From contig JBDTWD010000003.1 in NCBI GenBank assembly GCA_040006915.1, positions 38,023 through 102,022 on the forward strand: 64,000 bases of DNA. Direction: 5' to 3'. Shown here piece after piece: positions 18,829 through 29,073 of the stretch (its first letter is position 1; each line of letters starts with the position of its first letter). Under the pieces are notes generated by a model. That model did not search any database. It had not been told where the DNA came from and worked only from the letters and a program-made list of their open reading frames with translations. Both the position numbers and the translations under genes were made by a program. This stretch comes from Candidatus Woesebacteria bacterium (GTDB lineage Bacteria; Patescibacteriota; Microgenomatia; UBA1400; UBA12028).

Positions 18829-19673
18829 AAATGCCTTTCTTCCTCGTCAGCAACTGAAAGTAGTGTTTGAGCTAACAGCTCTGGATGATTTAAAGGAATC
18901 AAATGATTTGCACCGGGGAAAACGATCATTCGTTTAGCCTGTACTTTCTTTTGAAAACGTGTCATTTCGGTGAGAGAGAAATAAAGATCATTATCACCTG
19001 TAACAATGATCGTATCTATTGGTAAGGAATCTTGAGTTGTTTCCACAGATTGGCCTGACACAAGACTTTGAAGAACCAAATAGCATCGCAGCCCTACAGA
19101 ACGCATATCAGACCATAAACGTTTGGGATAAAAATCCGCACTCCCTCTAAAAACCTCATGGTCTTTACGATTCCGCATGACTGGCATCGTTGTTGGAAAA
19201 TACCGAAGTGTTCTTGTAATCCAAGAAGGCATTTTCCACCCCATTGATTTTGAGGGTGCCGACACCAATACGATTTTTTTCACTTGAGAATGGAGAAACA
19301 AACGGGCATATTGCTGCACCACGAATGAGCCTAAGCTATGGCCAACAACAATGACGTTCTTATAGCTATGCTCTCTGAGCATAGCTTCAATAACAGCAGA
19401 GAGATCTCTTGCTTGAGTTACGAAGATGGACTCTCCCATAGGGATTTTCCGTGTAGATTGTCCATGACCACGTAAATCAAATGTATAAATTGATATCGTT
19501 TTGCTCTGAGGAAGATCAAACAACTTCTCGATAGTGAAATCCCAAGCAATCTGATCACCTCCTAAGCCATGCACAAAGAGTATTGCGGTAGTATCTTCAA
19601 AGTCTCCAGAGATCTTGCGCATGGCAATATTTTCTTTATCGAAACTCTTCACTGTATACTGGTGCGTATGCAT
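18825..19673 (-). CDS. alpha/beta-fold hydrolase
   Basis: HGLGGD oxyanion region and GHSLG nucleophile elbow. Confidence 0.7.
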   Translation of the reverse strand: MHTHQYTVKSFDKENIAMRKISGDFEDTTAILFVHGLGGDQIAWDFTIEKLFDLPQSKTISIYTFDLRGHGQSTRKIPMGESIFVTQARDLSAVIEAMLREHSYKNVIVVGHSLGSFVVQQYARLFLHSQVKKIVLVSAPSKSMGWKMPSWITRTLRYFPTTMPVMRNRKDHEVFRGSADFYPKRLWSDMRSVGLRCYLVLQSLVSGQSVETTQDSLPIDTIIVTGDNDLYFSLTEMTRFQKKVQAKRMIVFPGANHLIPLNHPELLAQTLLSVADEEERHL

Positions 19674-19693
19674 ATCTCATCTATTCTACAACC

Positions 19694-20785
19694 ATGAAGA
19701 AGATTTTGATTATTACTTCCACAAACGGACACAAAAGTATTGCCATCGCTATTCGCGAACAGCTCGAACAAGAATACACAGTAAATATTGAGACCTATAT
19801 AAGTAATGAACTCCAAAAAAGCTATCTTCCTTTTTACTTATTTTTCCCTGGACTATTTCGTGTCTTTTTTTATCTAGGACAAATTCCTTTCTTTTCTCGG
19901 TTTTTTAAATACCGATGGAGAATATTATTTACTCCTCATATAACATCATATATACGAGAGCATGATCCAGATCTTGTGATCAATACATTTGGTTTCTTTT
20001 CAGACTCTTGTGGAATTGTTTGCGAAAAACAAAATATCCCCTACATAAATGTCATTGCTGACCCTTTTACGTTTTATCCTTCGTTTATATCCCAAAAAGC
20101 AGTTTCTAATCTTTTTTTTGATGCCTCAACTTTTGCGACAGCACAGAAAAAAGGAATTCAAGCTTCTCAAATATATGCTTCGGGATGGTTTACGCAAAAA
20201 AAATACTTCTCTAAATTTTCAGTTGACGAAATCCGAGAAAAGCTCCAACTACCCACAAAAACACTTACGCTACTCCTCTGCGGAGGAAGTGAAGGAACAT
20301 TCCATATCTTAAAAGTTCTCTTCGCTTTGCTTGGGGCTAAAGGAACATGCACCATTATTGTGGCATGCGGGAAAAACGCTCTACTATACATGCTCGTCCA
20401 GAAAATTCAGTTAAACTTTTTTTCGTCCAAAATGATTAGACTTTATCCCATTCACTTCACTGCAGAACTTGATCAGTACATAAAAGCATCCGATATTGTT
20501 GTTGGAAAGGCTGGTCCCAACCTGCTCTTTGAAGCTGTTGCCGCAAGAAAACCGTTTTTGGCTGTCACTCATATTAGTGGACAAGAAGATGGAAATCTTT
20601 CGTTTATTCTCGACAAGAAAATTGGTTTTGTTGAAGAAAACCCAATCCGACTGCGAGCTGTTTTACAACGTATCTTTGAAAATCCAGAAATCCTCGAGGA
20701 GTTTCGAACTCCTTTAGAGGATATTGCCTCATACAACTATGATAGTGGACAAAGATTACGAGAGCACTTAAAAAAGATTTTATAA
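19694..20785 (+). CDS. GT28-family glycosyltransferase (MGDG-synthase/MurG-like)
   Basis: N-terminal MGDG_synth-like region. C-terminal GKAGPNLLFEA...ISGQEDGN resembles the GT28 C-terminal domain. Confidence 0.6.
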   Translation: MKKILIITSTNGHKSIAIAIREQLEQEYTVNIETYISNELQKSYLPFYLFFPGLFRVFFYLGQIPFFSRFFKYRWRILFTPHITSYIREHDPDLVINTFGFFSDSCGIVCEKQNIPYINVIADPFTFYPSFISQKAVSNLFFDASTFATAQKKGIQASQIYASGWFTQKKYFSKFSVDEIREKLQLPTKTLTLLLCGGSEGTFHILKVLFALLGAKGTCTIIVACGKNALLYMLVQKIQLNFFSSKMIRLYPIHFTAELDQYIKASDIVVGKAGPNLLFEAVAARKPFLAVTHISGQEDGNLSFILDKKIGFVEENPIRLRAVLQRIFENPEILEEFRTPLEDIASYNYDSGQRLREHLKKIL

Positions 20786-20804
20786 TATCGAGTATAATAG
20801 CAGC

Positions 20805-21638
20805 ATGAGTGACACCTTTTTTTCCATCGTCATCCCAGTTCTAAATGAGAAGTATGTTTTACCGCACCTCTTAAAAAATTTGACTGAACAAAGTTTTACT
20901 GATTTTGAAGTATTCGTTGTGGATAGCAAATCGACAGACGGGACTCAAAAGATAGTTCGAGATATTTCAAAAAAAGATAAGCGTTTTCATCTCCTCACGA
21001 GTTTGAAGAGGAATGTTGGCTCTCAGAGAAATATTGGTGGGAGGAAAAGCTCCGGCGAATTTATTATCTTCTTCGATGCAGATACCGAAATCCCAGATTT
21101 TTTTCTGGCGGGTATTCATTATCAGTGTTCTAAGGATAATTTAGAGTCTTTTACAACCTTTGCAGTCCCTGACAGTGAAAACACAAAAGATCGTTTATTC
21201 ATGCATGCCACAAATATTATTTTCGATACTGCAGCCAAATTAAAAGCTCCACTATGCTTAGGTTCCTGTATAGGAGTTAGTCGAAGAGTTTTTGAGAGCA
21301 CAGATGGTTTCGATGAATCTATCCACTTTATGGAAGATACCGAGTTCGTTAAACGAGTCGTCAAACATGGATTTAAATTTGTAGTATTAAAAGAACCAAC
21401 ATATACATATTCCCTTCGCAGGATGAGGAAAGAAGGAAATTTGATCATGTATCGAAATATTATTCCTACAGCTAAAGCGTTACTGTTAGACCAAAAAATT
21501 ACAAAGCCTCTTCCTGGATACCCAATGCTAGGCGGAACGTATTTTGAGAACATTAGTACGAAGAAGAAAAACACTCAATCATATATTCGTTTAAAGAATA
21601 TTGTCGACTCAGTACGTGATTTGATTTCTGAAGAATAA
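20805..21638 (+). CDS. GT2-family glycosyltransferase
   Basis: FSIVIPVLNE...FEVFVVDSKSTDGT...DADTE (DxD). Confidence 0.8.
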   Translation: MSDTFFSIVIPVLNEKYVLPHLLKNLTEQSFTDFEVFVVDSKSTDGTQKIVRDISKKDKRFHLLTSLKRNVGSQRNIGGRKSSGEFIIFFDADTEIPDFFLAGIHYQCSKDNLESFTTFAVPDSENTKDRLFMHATNIIFDTAAKLKAPLCLGSCIGVSRRVFESTDGFDESIHFMEDTEFVKRVVKHGFKFVVLKEPTYTYSLRRMRKEGNLIMYRNIIPTAKALLLDQKITKPLPGYPMLGGTYFENISTKKKNTQSYIRLKNIVDSVRDLISEE

Positions 21639-21648
21639 AGATCTTGAA

Positions 21649-23349
21649 TTATGCAATCGACGCAAGCTCTTTTACCGTGGTAATTTGTTCTACTTTTTTA
21701 TCGTCCCTGAATCGCTCAAGCCTTGGGAAACGTAAAGCAAGACCCGCGGAATGGTTCGGAGATTTGGTCAGTTCGTCCCCTGCTACTTCTACCACAATCT
21801 GTGGATCCACCCATACATCGGGAATAAGAAGTTTGTCGACTACGTACTGCTTTGGTTTTTCTGCTGTGACGACCGATTCACATCGAGTTTTAAACTCACG
21901 CCATTGATCATCGGATAATCCGGTGCCAACTTTGGAGAGTGTCACAATCTGTTCGCCATTAGCTACTCCGATTAAGAAAGCGCCAACCCCAAACTTATTA
22001 CGTTTGCCTTTGCCATACCAATATCCCATGACTACCGCATCGATCGTATCAGAGAGCTTGGCTGCTGTCCCTTCTGCTTCTTTAAACTTCACCCAACTCC
22101 ATCCACGTCTACCAGGCTGATAGACGCTGTCGTACTGTTTGATGACTGCCCCTTCCAAGCCTTTAGCTAATTGCTCCGTATGAAAAGCTCGTAGTTCATC
22201 AGCAGACTCGGTCACGATGAATGGAGAAACAATAAACATCTCATCGGCTTTTTGTAAAAGCTTGGCTAGTATTTCTTTGCGTTCAAAAAGTGGTAAACGA
22301 AGAAGACTCTCTCCATCTTGGTATAAAACATCAAACACGAAAAACTTAAGAGGAATATTTTTTGCAAACTCAGCGACATCATGTTTGCGTTTACGTTGAA
22401 TGGTTTCCTGAAACGGAAGCAACTTTCCCGTTTTAGGATCAAAGCCAACCGCTTCACAATCTAAAATCAAAGAATGAGAAAATCCTTTGATTGCCGCGAG
22501 GAGTTCCGGAAACTGGGCACTCGATTCTTCCATTGATCGCGTGAAAGTGCGGACCGTCCAGTCTTTTCCTTTTCCATTAATATGAATTTGAACTCGGGTA
22601 CCATCATATTTTGGCTCTGCAAATACCTTGGTCATTTTTTCAATCATTTCGGCGGCAGTTTTAAGTCGTTGACACAGTGCTGGTTGTAAAGGAATACCAA
22701 GTTCAATATCGAAATGTTCTAGTCCTTTTTCTCCATGTAAGAGATATGCTTTTGCCAATTTTCCAATATCGTTTTTGAGTTGATACGTGTCTTCAAGCAA
22801 TTTTCGTTGACTTTTGTCTCCCATCTTTGCCCAGGACAATGCATCAAGGATCGTCATGTCTGAAAACCCAAGTCGCAACTTGGTTAAGATAATGCGAACT
22901 ACATACTTTACTGAAACCGAGTCTAATTCTTTTAACAAATCGACAACTCTAATTACTTTCCGTTCTTGGCTCCCCTCGCCATTTTCATGTGCCAGGGCTG
23001 TCAGTTCACTATAAATTTCTTGAATACTCTTTTTTGATTCGTGCGTTTTCTCACCGGAGGAGTGTTGCACGACAGCTGCCAAGTCTCCGATTTTTTTGTA
23101 TTCAGCCTGCACGCTCTCAAGCTCTTCCTCGTAGGCAAGTGCGGTTGCCCGCATCATCATTTTGTCCGCGAATTGGAACTCTAAACCTTCATATGGAGGA
23201 AGAATGCGACCAAGAAGAAGCCAACAGGTTGCTTCAATTTCATTCGCTTCAAGCTTGTTTAACAGCTCAGCCAAAATCACCGTAATTTCATTACGGGAAC
23301 TGGTTTCTTCAATACGGGAAAGATAGGAAGCAAAAGCATGAAAGGTCAT
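21649..23349 (-). CDS. ATP-dependent DNA ligase
   Basis: Motif I EPKYDGTRVQ (KxDG) and 566-aa adenylation + OB-fold architecture. Confidence 0.85.
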   Translation of the reverse strand: MTFHAFASYLSRIEETSSRNEITVILAELLNKLEANEIEATCWLLLGRILPPYEGLEFQFADKMMMRATALAYEEELESVQAEYKKIGDLAAVVQHSSGEKTHESKKSIQEIYSELTALAHENGEGSQERKVIRVVDLLKELDSVSVKYVVRIILTKLRLGFSDMTILDALSWAKMGDKSQRKLLEDTYQLKNDIGKLAKAYLLHGEKGLEHFDIELGIPLQPALCQRLKTAAEMIEKMTKVFAEPKYDGTRVQIHINGKGKDWTVRTFTRSMEESSAQFPELLAAIKGFSHSLILDCEAVGFDPKTGKLLPFQETIQRKRKHDVAEFAKNIPLKFFVFDVLYQDGESLLRLPLFERKEILAKLLQKADEMFIVSPFIVTESADELRAFHTEQLAKGLEGAVIKQYDSVYQPGRRGWSWVKFKEAEGTAAKLSDTIDAVVMGYWYGKGKRNKFGVGAFLIGVANGEQIVTLSKVGTGLSDDQWREFKTRCESVVTAEKPKQYVVDKLLIPDVWVDPQIVVEVAGDELTKSPNHSAGLALRFPRLERFRDDKKVEQITTVKELASIA

Positions 23350-23363
23350 ATACTCAAAGTATA

Positions 23364-24464
23364 TTAACGTTCTTTGAGGTAATACACCACTCCTTTTGTC
23401 ACGCCCTCTTTTTTAAGCAGCCCTTTATTCATCATGTCTTTTAAATCACGAAGAATTGTGTCTGCGGAGATCAGGGGAAGAATTTTTTGCACATCTCCTG
23501 TCGTCGCACTCTTCTTTTGTTGCAGCATTTCAAGGATAGAAATCTGTCGTTCAGATAAAGCGATCTGGATTCCCCCCAGACGATCTTTCAACTTTGCATC
23601 TTGAGAAAGTTTCTGCACTTGTTGCTTCACTCGATCAAGTTCCACTGCCAAACCAAAACAGAAATATTCCAGCCAATATGTCATATCTTGATTCGTTGAT
23701 TGCTGCACTGATTGGATGGCCCGATAATATCCATCAATATCTTTGTCGAAATACTCTTCAATACTAAATAATTTCTTCACATCATACCCTTCTGCATACA
23801 AGATAAGGAGTGAAAACGCTCGAGCTGTTCGGCCATTGCCTTCGATGAATGGATGAATGCGTACCAATTCGTAATGAGCAATCCCTGCCCGGATGACCGG
23901 ATGAATATCTTTATTGCTTGGACTATTCAGCCAATTCATGACATCTTTGACGAGCTCAGGAATTTGTAAAAACATCGGAGGACGAAACACCACACTGCCA
24001 TCAATTGCGGACCGGATGACCACCTGGGCGGTACGAAATTGCCCAACTTGATCTCCCGGAAGAATATTACGAACTGTCAGAGTATGCAGTGTTTGCAAAA
24101 TGCGTTCCGTGTAATCAATCGTTCGCGTAGTGTAGTTGCCCCAATCGTCGATCCATTTGAGAACTTCTCGGTAATTTAAAACCTCTTGAATATCACGTGG
24201 CCGGGCGATTACCCCCACTTCTTCGGCAACAGACTCAGGAGAACCAGTTCCTTGTGATTGCATCAGTGCTGCTGCCTGCTCTTTCGTGAGTTCATTTCCC
24301 TCTACCCGAGTTCCAAAATGAACGGTGCGAATACGAGCATCATCACGAAACTTTGCTTCCCAAGCAGGAACGAGTGGTGCATTCGTCACTACTTCCTTAC
24401 AAGCTTCAATGCGCCCGATATACTTTAAAAGATTGTTGGAGATTTTATAATTGGGTTGGAACAT
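23364..24464 (-). CDS. Fic/DOC family protein with C-terminal wHTH
   Basis: Fic motif HPFIEGNGRTAR. Confidence 0.85.
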   Translation of the reverse strand: MFQPNYKISNNLLKYIGRIEACKEVVTNAPLVPAWEAKFRDDARIRTVHFGTRVEGNELTKEQAAALMQSQGTGSPESVAEEVGVIARPRDIQEVLNYREVLKWIDDWGNYTTRTIDYTERILQTLHTLTVRNILPGDQVGQFRTAQVVIRSAIDGSVVFRPPMFLQIPELVKDVMNWLNSPSNKDIHPVIRAGIAHYELVRIHPFIEGNGRTARAFSLLILYAEGYDVKKLFSIEEYFDKDIDGYYRAIQSVQQSTNQDMTYWLEYFCFGLAVELDRVKQQVQKLSQDAKLKDRLGGIQIALSERQISILEMLQQKKSATTGDVQKILPLISADTILRDLKDMMNKGLLKKEGVTKGVVYYLKER

Positions 24465-24520
24465 GAGTAGCGATATTCTTGCACGATTTGCGGGAAAATC
24501 AATGGTAGAATAGACACCCT

Positions 24521-24808
24521 ATGGCAAAGTCACCCAAAGAATTACCAATCACAATCTTAAAACAGATGGCAACACTCACAATGAGCGGATTCTCATTGGT
24601 CACAGCACTGGCATGGAACGATTTAATCAAGCAGTTTATCGAAGAATACGTGAAACCCTATACTCGAACTGGATCAGGGATCGTGGCCCAACTCATTTAC
24701 GCCATTGCGATCACAGTATTGGTAGTTCTCATCACCTATCAACTGGCTTGGATTCAAGAGAAATTTGAGAGAAAAGAAGAACGTCAGCAAGAAAAACTCT
24801 CTCACTAA
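24521..24808 (+). CDS. small membrane protein, hypothetical
   Basis: 95 aa, two hydrophobic helices, charged C-terminus. Confidence 0.35.
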   Translation: MAKSPKELPITILKQMATLTMSGFSLVTALAWNDLIKQFIEEYVKPYTRTGSGIVAQLIYAIAITVLVVLITYQLAWIQEKFERKEERQQEKLSH

Positions 24809-25377
24809 ACTGAAAGAGTCATCTGTACTCCGTCGATATACTCACTTTTATACAGTAGTTCACCAGGAATTCGTCCAACCTCCCTAAAGCCGAGTTTTTC
24901 ATATAAAGCAAGGGCGTTTGTATTACTGGCAAAACAATGTAGCCAAATGATTTTCAATCCAGGAATCATTTGCTTCGCTTCTGAAAAGACTGTTTGTGCC
25001 AAGATCTTCCCTACTCCATCTCCCCGAAAGTCCTTGGCTACCGTAATTCCAAAAATGACCACATGTTTTGCTCGTTCTCTTTTGCTCACGTCCCGACGAA
25101 CATCCGATATGCCTACGATCTTGTTCTCTACCTCGCAGAACAGTTTTACAACATCTCCCAGTTCCATAGAGGCAAACATCGAACCCAAATATTCGGCTTC
25201 TTCTTTTAAGCTAAGTTCCTCTCCAGAAAAAGACACAAACGTATTTTCGGTCGATAACGTATTCATGTATGCAGTCATTGCTTCAATATCTTCCCATTTT
25301 GGATATCTGATTATCGCTTGCTTTCCACTTTTGGTGGTAAATTCTTTGACAATTTTTCCGGGAATAAAATGTGACAT
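24805..25377 (-). CDS. GNAT-family N-acetyltransferase
   Basis: GNAT core (…HVVIFGITVAKDFRGDGVGKIL…). Confidence 0.6.
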   Translation of the reverse strand: MSHFIPGKIVKEFTTKSGKQAIIRYPKWEDIEAMTAYMNTLSTENTFVSFSGEELSLKEEAEYLGSMFASMELGDVVKLFCEVENKIVGISDVRRDVSKRERAKHVVIFGITVAKDFRGDGVGKILAQTVFSEAKQMIPGLKIIWLHCFASNTNALALYEKLGFREVGRIPGELLYKSEYIDGVQMTLSV

Positions 25378-25378
25378 A

Positions 25379-26161
25379 TTAATATCCTAATACATCTTTT
25401 AAGGTTTTAGGAATTTGTTCCACTAACTGGTTAGTCGTAAAGAAAGGCCCAACAGATTTGTACAATTCATCTCCCGCTTTCTTATTCACATAACTTCCTA
25501 CAACCGCCGCAACAAATGGATCTTCAGTCAGGGTATAAAGACCCGCAACAAGACCAGCCAAGGCATCACCGGTTCCACCTTTGGTCATCCCTGGGTTACC
25601 TCCAGTAATGACTTCTTTGGAATCTTTAGTAAACACTTGATCTTCTTGCCCTTTTAAAAGAATGGTCACCCCAGTTTCAAGAACATCCTCACCTTTTGCA
25701 TTCCCGATTAGCCGCTCATACTCGCTGGCATGTGGAGTGATGATCATATGCTCATTCAATTTAGCTGGTTCCATCATTTGCAAAGCCCCTGCATCCACTA
25801 CCCATTTTTTGGTTGGGTACGCTGAGAGCAGGTCATCAGTAATTCTTTTCGTATCTTCCTCACGTGTCATTCCGGGACCAATTAAAATTACATTGGCTTC
25901 ATCGATATAGTTTTTGACTTCTCCACGCGGCACAACTACTCCACTCCAAAAATTCTTTTTAGCTTCGGCGATCAGTTTGTTATTTTCAGGAACGGAAGAG
26001 TAGAAAACCATGTCCACCATGGCAGAAACCACTTCTAACGCCCATGCACTAGCAGCATGAAATAGCTCACTTCCGCCAATTACCATGACTTTACCGTTTT
26101 GACCTTTATGGGATCCCTTATCCATTCGATGAATTTTTGCAGTGTAGTGAGAAATATCCAT
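25379..26161 (-). CDS. ADP-dependent NAD(P)H-hydrate dehydratase (YjeF C-terminal/carbohydrate-kinase-like)
   Basis: ILIGPGMTRE and GGTGDALAG motifs. Confidence 0.75.
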   Translation of the reverse strand: MDISHYTAKIHRMDKGSHKGQNGKVMVIGGSELFHAASAWALEVVSAMVDMVFYSSVPENNKLIAEAKKNFWSGVVVPRGEVKNYIDEANVILIGPGMTREEDTKRITDDLLSAYPTKKWVVDAGALQMMEPAKLNEHMIITPHASEYERLIGNAKGEDVLETGVTILLKGQEDQVFTKDSKEVITGGNPGMTKGGTGDALAGLVAGLYTLTEDPFVAAVVGSYVNKKAGDELYKSVGPFFTTNQLVEQIPKTLKDVLGY

Positions 26162-26173
26162 ACAGAGATTTTA

Positions 26174-27241
26174 CTATAGATTAAGAATTTCTCCGTGGGT
26201 ACATTCTTTCGGAAGCATAGAAAGTTCTTCCGCACTGGTCATAATCACTTGTCGGTTTTCAAATAGGCCAAAAACCAACTCACGGTTTCCTTCATCAAGT
26301 TCTGAAAACATATCATCTAAAAGAAGCAGTGGGGTGTTTTTAGTTTCTTTTTCAATAAACTGTAAGGCTGCAACTTTAAGCCACAATACTGCCATGCGTT
26401 GCTGACCTCGCGATCCAAAGCGAGCTACATCGCTCATTTTTCCCTCGGATAGTTCAAGCTGAATAAGAAAGTTATCGCGATGTGGACCTACAAGAGTCTT
26501 TCCTGCTGCCACTTCTTCAAAAGCATACTGATGCAGTCGCTCCTCACTCATGAGTGATTCATCATAGGTCACTTCCCCTTTAATCGGAAATTCTACGTGA
26601 TTCGTAATGAAGAATAAAAACTTTTTCCGTTCACGAGTGATTACATCACCGTGTTTAATAAGGATGGTATCCCAAAAGATAAATTCCTTCCGAGTTACCA
26701 AACCCTCACGAAGCTGCAAAATTAATTTATTGCGATGCTTTAAGGCTTTCTCGTATTCTCGCAAAGATTTGGCATACTCTAGGCTTACCTGAATTAAGAC
26801 ATCATCCAAAAAATTGCGTTTATAACTTGGTCCGTCGGTGATTAGCTCCATGTCTTCTGGACGAAACAACACTGTTTTTACCACTCCGATTACATCGCTG
26901 CGACGTTTTTTCACTCCATTGCGTAAGAAGCGGGTAGAAGCTCGTTTAGAGTATTCACTGCTTTTAGAAACGATACTGGCACTCAACGTTACTTCCTCAT
27001 CATCCACAACTGCTTTGGCTCCCAGATGTGCAACTTCAGCTCCTTCTCGCACACAGTCAGAAAGGAGTTTGGCTCGAAAACTTCGACCAGTGGAGAGAAA
27101 TGCAATTGCCTCCAAAACATTAGTTTTCCCTTGACCATTGTTTCCTAAGATCAATGTTTGATCCGAGTCAAAAACAATTTCTTTGGTGGTAAAATTACGA
27201 AAATCCTGAAGGACTACTGATGAGACGACTGTCTTTTCCAT
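26174..27241 (-). CDS. recF: DNA replication and repair protein RecF
   Basis: Walker A GNNGQGKTN, SMC-like architecture, 355 aa. Confidence 0.9.
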   Translation of the reverse strand: MEKTVVSSVVLQDFRNFTTKEIVFDSDQTLILGNNGQGKTNVLEAIAFLSTGRSFRAKLLSDCVREGAEVAHLGAKAVVDDEEVTLSASIVSKSSEYSKRASTRFLRNGVKKRRSDVIGVVKTVLFRPEDMELITDGPSYKRNFLDDVLIQVSLEYAKSLREYEKALKHRNKLILQLREGLVTRKEFIFWDTILIKHGDVITRERKKFLFFITNHVEFPIKGEVTYDESLMSEERLHQYAFEEVAAGKTLVGPHRDNFLIQLELSEGKMSDVARFGSRGQQRMAVLWLKVAALQFIEKETKNTPLLLLDDMFSELDEGNRELVFGLFENRQVIMTSAEELSMLPKECTHGEILNL

Positions 27242-27261
27242 GCCGGTAGTATCTCACACGT

Positions 27262-27771
27262 TTACAGGAGTTCTGGATAAAAATGCCGTATCACGTAATG
27301 GAAGGCATCGCCAAATTTTTTTGGGGTATCTTTTAATTCTTGTTTGATTTGAGGCAACGTGAATTTCTCCACTCCGACAGACTCATGATTTAACGTCGGT
27401 TGCTCATCTGTATATATCTCATACAAAGAAAACAAATGATTTTCTTTACGTCCAATTACTTCACGATTAAAGACCGCTCGACCGAGTCGTTTAAAATTGA
27501 CCGCGGTAATCCCTAACTCCTCCATTGCTTCACGTTTCAACGCTTCATCGTCAGATTCTCCAGCTCCTACATGCCCTCCAACAGGAGATACAAATTGGCC
27601 TGCATCTTGTCTATCATCTGCCTGCTTGACCAAAATCCAATTTCCCTCTGAATCAATGACATGCGATACCACACAGCGATGTAAAGCTCCCAATCTATGG
27701 GCCTCAGTTTTCATCATCTGGCCAGTGACTTGATTTCGGTCATCAACAATATCAACTAGTTCATCTGCCAT
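27262..27771 (-). CDS. NUDIX hydrolase (second copy). Start MADELVDIV; the track ORF extends to 27858.
   Basis: Nudix box GGHVGAGESDDEALKREAMEELGI. Confidence 0.75.
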   Translation of the reverse strand: MADELVDIVDDRNQVTGQMMKTEAHRLGALHRCVVSHVIDSEGNWILVKQADDRQDAGQFVSPVGGHVGAGESDDEALKREAMEELGITAVNFKRLGRAVFNREVIGRKENHLFSLYEIYTDEQPTLNHESVGVEKFTLPQIKQELKDTPKKFGDAFHYVIRHFYPELL

Positions 27772-27785
27772 ACAGGTATCCTTTC

Positions 27786-28598
27786 TTATTTCTGACACTC
27801 TGGACAAAAGAACGTGCCGCGACCGCCAAGGGTTATTCGTTTGACCAGCGTACCACATCGTCTACATGGTTTCCCCGCTCGCATATACACTTTGAAAAAA
27901 TCTTGATATTTTCCTTTTCCTCCCATCAAGTTCCGATACGTATTGTCACTGGCTCCTCCTCGTTTAATACCTTCTTTGAGCACATCTTCTATCGCTATAA
28001 AGAGTTTTTTTGCTTGCTCTGGACTTAGACTGATTGCTGACACTTGTGGTGGAATTTTTGCCATCCAGAGACTCTCACAAGCATAGATATTTCCAATCCC
28101 TGCGATTTTCCGTTGATCAAGTAAAAGTGTTTTAATCGGACGTCTAGTTTTTTTTAAAAGCACCTTAAAGTCAGCAAGCGTCAAATCTTTTAAAGGCTCT
28201 TTTCCGAGTGTTTGGAGGAAACGAAGACTAGAAACTTGTACGGTCGGAAGAATCTCGACATATCCAAATCGGCGCATATCAGAAAACGTCAATTGTCTGC
28301 CATCTGCAAGTGTAAAAACCACATGTGTATGTGCACCTATTTCTTCAGTTCGTTGAAACAGCATTAATCGTCCAGTCATCTTTAAATGAATTGCGAGAGA
28401 GTAACTGTCTGAAAGATCAATGATCAATAGCTTTCCAAATCGTCGAACACCGGTAATCTTTTGCCCTTCCACTTGTTCCAAATTGCCGTGTAAAACTTTG
28501 GATGAGCGATCCGGGAACTTCACTTCAGTAATTTGCACTCCAAGTAAATGCTTTTCTATTTGCGAGCGGATAGTTTCGACTTCAGGGAGTTCAGGCAT
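27786..28598 (-). CDS. mutM: formamidopyrimidine-DNA glycosylase
   Basis: MPELPEVE N-terminus and C-terminal zinc finger CRRCGTLVKRITLGGRGTFFCPECQ. Confidence 0.9.
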   Translation of the reverse strand: MPELPEVETIRSQIEKHLLGVQITEVKFPDRSSKVLHGNLEQVEGQKITGVRRFGKLLIIDLSDSYSLAIHLKMTGRLMLFQRTEEIGAHTHVVFTLADGRQLTFSDMRRFGYVEILPTVQVSSLRFLQTLGKEPLKDLTLADFKVLLKKTRRPIKTLLLDQRKIAGIGNIYACESLWMAKIPPQVSAISLSPEQAKKLFIAIEDVLKEGIKRGGASDNTYRNLMGGKGKYQDFFKVYMRAGKPCRRCGTLVKRITLGGRGTFFCPECQK

Positions 28599-28602
28599 GC
28601 GG

Positions 28603-29016
28603 TTATTTCCCTAAGTTTTTTGGTCCAAATGCATTTGGAAGTAATTTAGCTACCGTAGTGAGAATGATTGCATCTGGATTATTGCAAGTACATACAACCT
28701 CAGCATCTGGTCCGAATTCATTCATCACTTGCCGACAGACGCCACAGGGAGAAGAAGCCGTTTCGGTCGGAGTGAATACACACATTTTTATAAGACGAAG
28801 ATACCCTTCTGCTACAGCCGAAAAAACAGCGGTTCGTTCTCCACAGTTAGTCGGACCATACGCAGCGTTTTCAATATTACAGCCAGTGAAAATTTTCTGG
28901 TTACCTGCAGGATTCTCAAATAGGCCTGCCGCTCCAACTTTAAAACGGCTATAAGGTGAATACGAAAAACCAGCAGCTACTTCAGAGAGTCTGACTAAAT
29001 CTTCATGCATTCCCAT
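28603..29016 (-). CDS. cdd: cytidine deaminase
   Basis: CGERTAVF (C/H-A-E) and PCGVCRQ zinc-binding motifs. Confidence 0.85.
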   Translation of the reverse strand: MGMHEDLVRLSEVAAGFSYSPYSRFKVGAAGLFENPAGNQKIFTGCNIENAAYGPTNCGERTAVFSAVAEGYLRLIKMCVFTPTETASSPCGVCRQVMNEFGPDAEVVCTCNNPDAIILTTVAKLLPNAFGPKNLGK

Positions 29017-29073
29017 AATAGTCTCCTTTAATTATTGGATGAGTATACACTGGGATTTTCGCTTTGAAATTAC

